From Chiloscyllium plagiosum (Eukaryota), in NCBI RefSeq assembly GCF_004010195.1, contig NC_057715.1, positions 98,660,623-98,724,622 of the forward strand: 64,000 nucleotides of DNA, written 5' to 3'. A program made the position numbers and the translations under genes. The stretch's first letter is position 1, and each line of letters opens with the position of its first letter. Of this stretch, positions 63,140 through 64,000 are shown piece after piece. The notes beneath the pieces are model-generated. The model did not search any database. It was given only the letters and a program-made list of their open reading frames with translations, and was not told the DNA's origin.

Positions 63140-63775
63140 AAAAAAAAACTGAACACATTGTGAGAGTAGTTAGCAAAGCAGATGGGGTTTCATCATAATA
63201 GATATCAAAAGTAGGTGTGTTATGCTGAAACTTTTTAAAGCTCTGGTTGGACGCGACCAGTTGAGCATGCAGTCTGGACATGAAAATAGATGTATGTATC
63301 CATGATTGGGAGAGGTGATGTACTGATATGGATCCAGAAATATTCAAGATTTAATTTCAAGATTAGGTGGTAGAAGCTGGTGTTTTTTGCCATGGAACAA
63401 TGTAGACTGAGGGAAGATTTAAGGGGAGAGATAATGTATGGTTTAAATAAAGCTGCCATAAACAGCTATTTCCATTAGACTATGCTGCAGCATTAGGGAA
63501 CAGAGTTAAGGATTAGCTAAGAGATAGTGGGGTTGTGACAAAAAGCACACTTTCATGTCAGAAGGGGTACTGACTTTGAACCTGCTGCCTAATGAGGCAG
63601 GAAGAAACTGAGAGCATGAGTGATTTTGAAAGGAAGTTGTTTGGTCACTTGAGGAAAATATACTTGTAAGGCTATGGTGAAGGAGTGATGGGAATGTTAC
63701 TGATAACATTTCTTCAGAGAATCAACATGAGCCCATTAGGCCAAATGGCCACCTTCTTTACCATGATCATTCTGA
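63140..63775 (+). mobile_element. Very old CR1 3' fragment
   Basis: Residual similarity (ctctggttggacgcgaccag..., gactgaggggaagattt..., ggccaaatggcc 3' tail). Confidence 0.6.
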
Positions 63776-64000
63776 TACTTTTTGTGTAATTTTTGAATCT
63801 AAAGCTGTAGTTCTCAACTTGTGATTCAGATCAAATGGATCACTGAAGTCTACAGGTATGTTTATATTGTAATGATATGTATTTTGTTTTCATCTGTCTT
63901 GATCGAATGAAAGCTAACCTCTCTAGTTTGCCTGCTGTCATGATTATGGACTGGGTGTATCCTTGAGTGGTCTGTGAAGAGTTCATCTAAGCTAGTAATT

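Overview
Eukaryotic, AT-rich, repeat-dense genomic DNA. The HE1-type V-SINEs and CR1 LINEs suggest a cartilaginous fish (shark); this is an inference. An assembly gap occupies 3-453. Two complete spliced genes sit head-to-head around a CpG-island bidirectional promoter at about 15.4-16.0 kb: UNC50 (- strand, 5 coding exons, 780 nt = 259 aa + stop) and COA5 (+ strand, 3 coding exons, 228 nt = 75 aa + stop). A second CpG-island promoter with a + strand splice donor lies at about 48.2-48.4 kb, but I could not identify a coding exon for it in the window. The rest is mostly decayed mobile DNA: nested CR1, L2-like and Rex1/Babar-like LINE fragments, tRNA-derived SINEs, a Tc1/mariner-type MITE and a fossil two-gene PIF/Harbinger transposon. 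The most notable non-genic signal is a set of short fold-back insertions with 9-16 bp target-site duplications. They carry hammerhead-ribozyme cores (CTGAnGA-stem-GAAAC) whose stem sequence differs between families while staying base-paired, consistent with Penelope-like retroelement termini. No rRNA, genuine tRNA or CRISPR array was seen. Repeat boundaries were set by eye and are approximate. Most short ORFs in the supplied track are repeat-derived or spurious.
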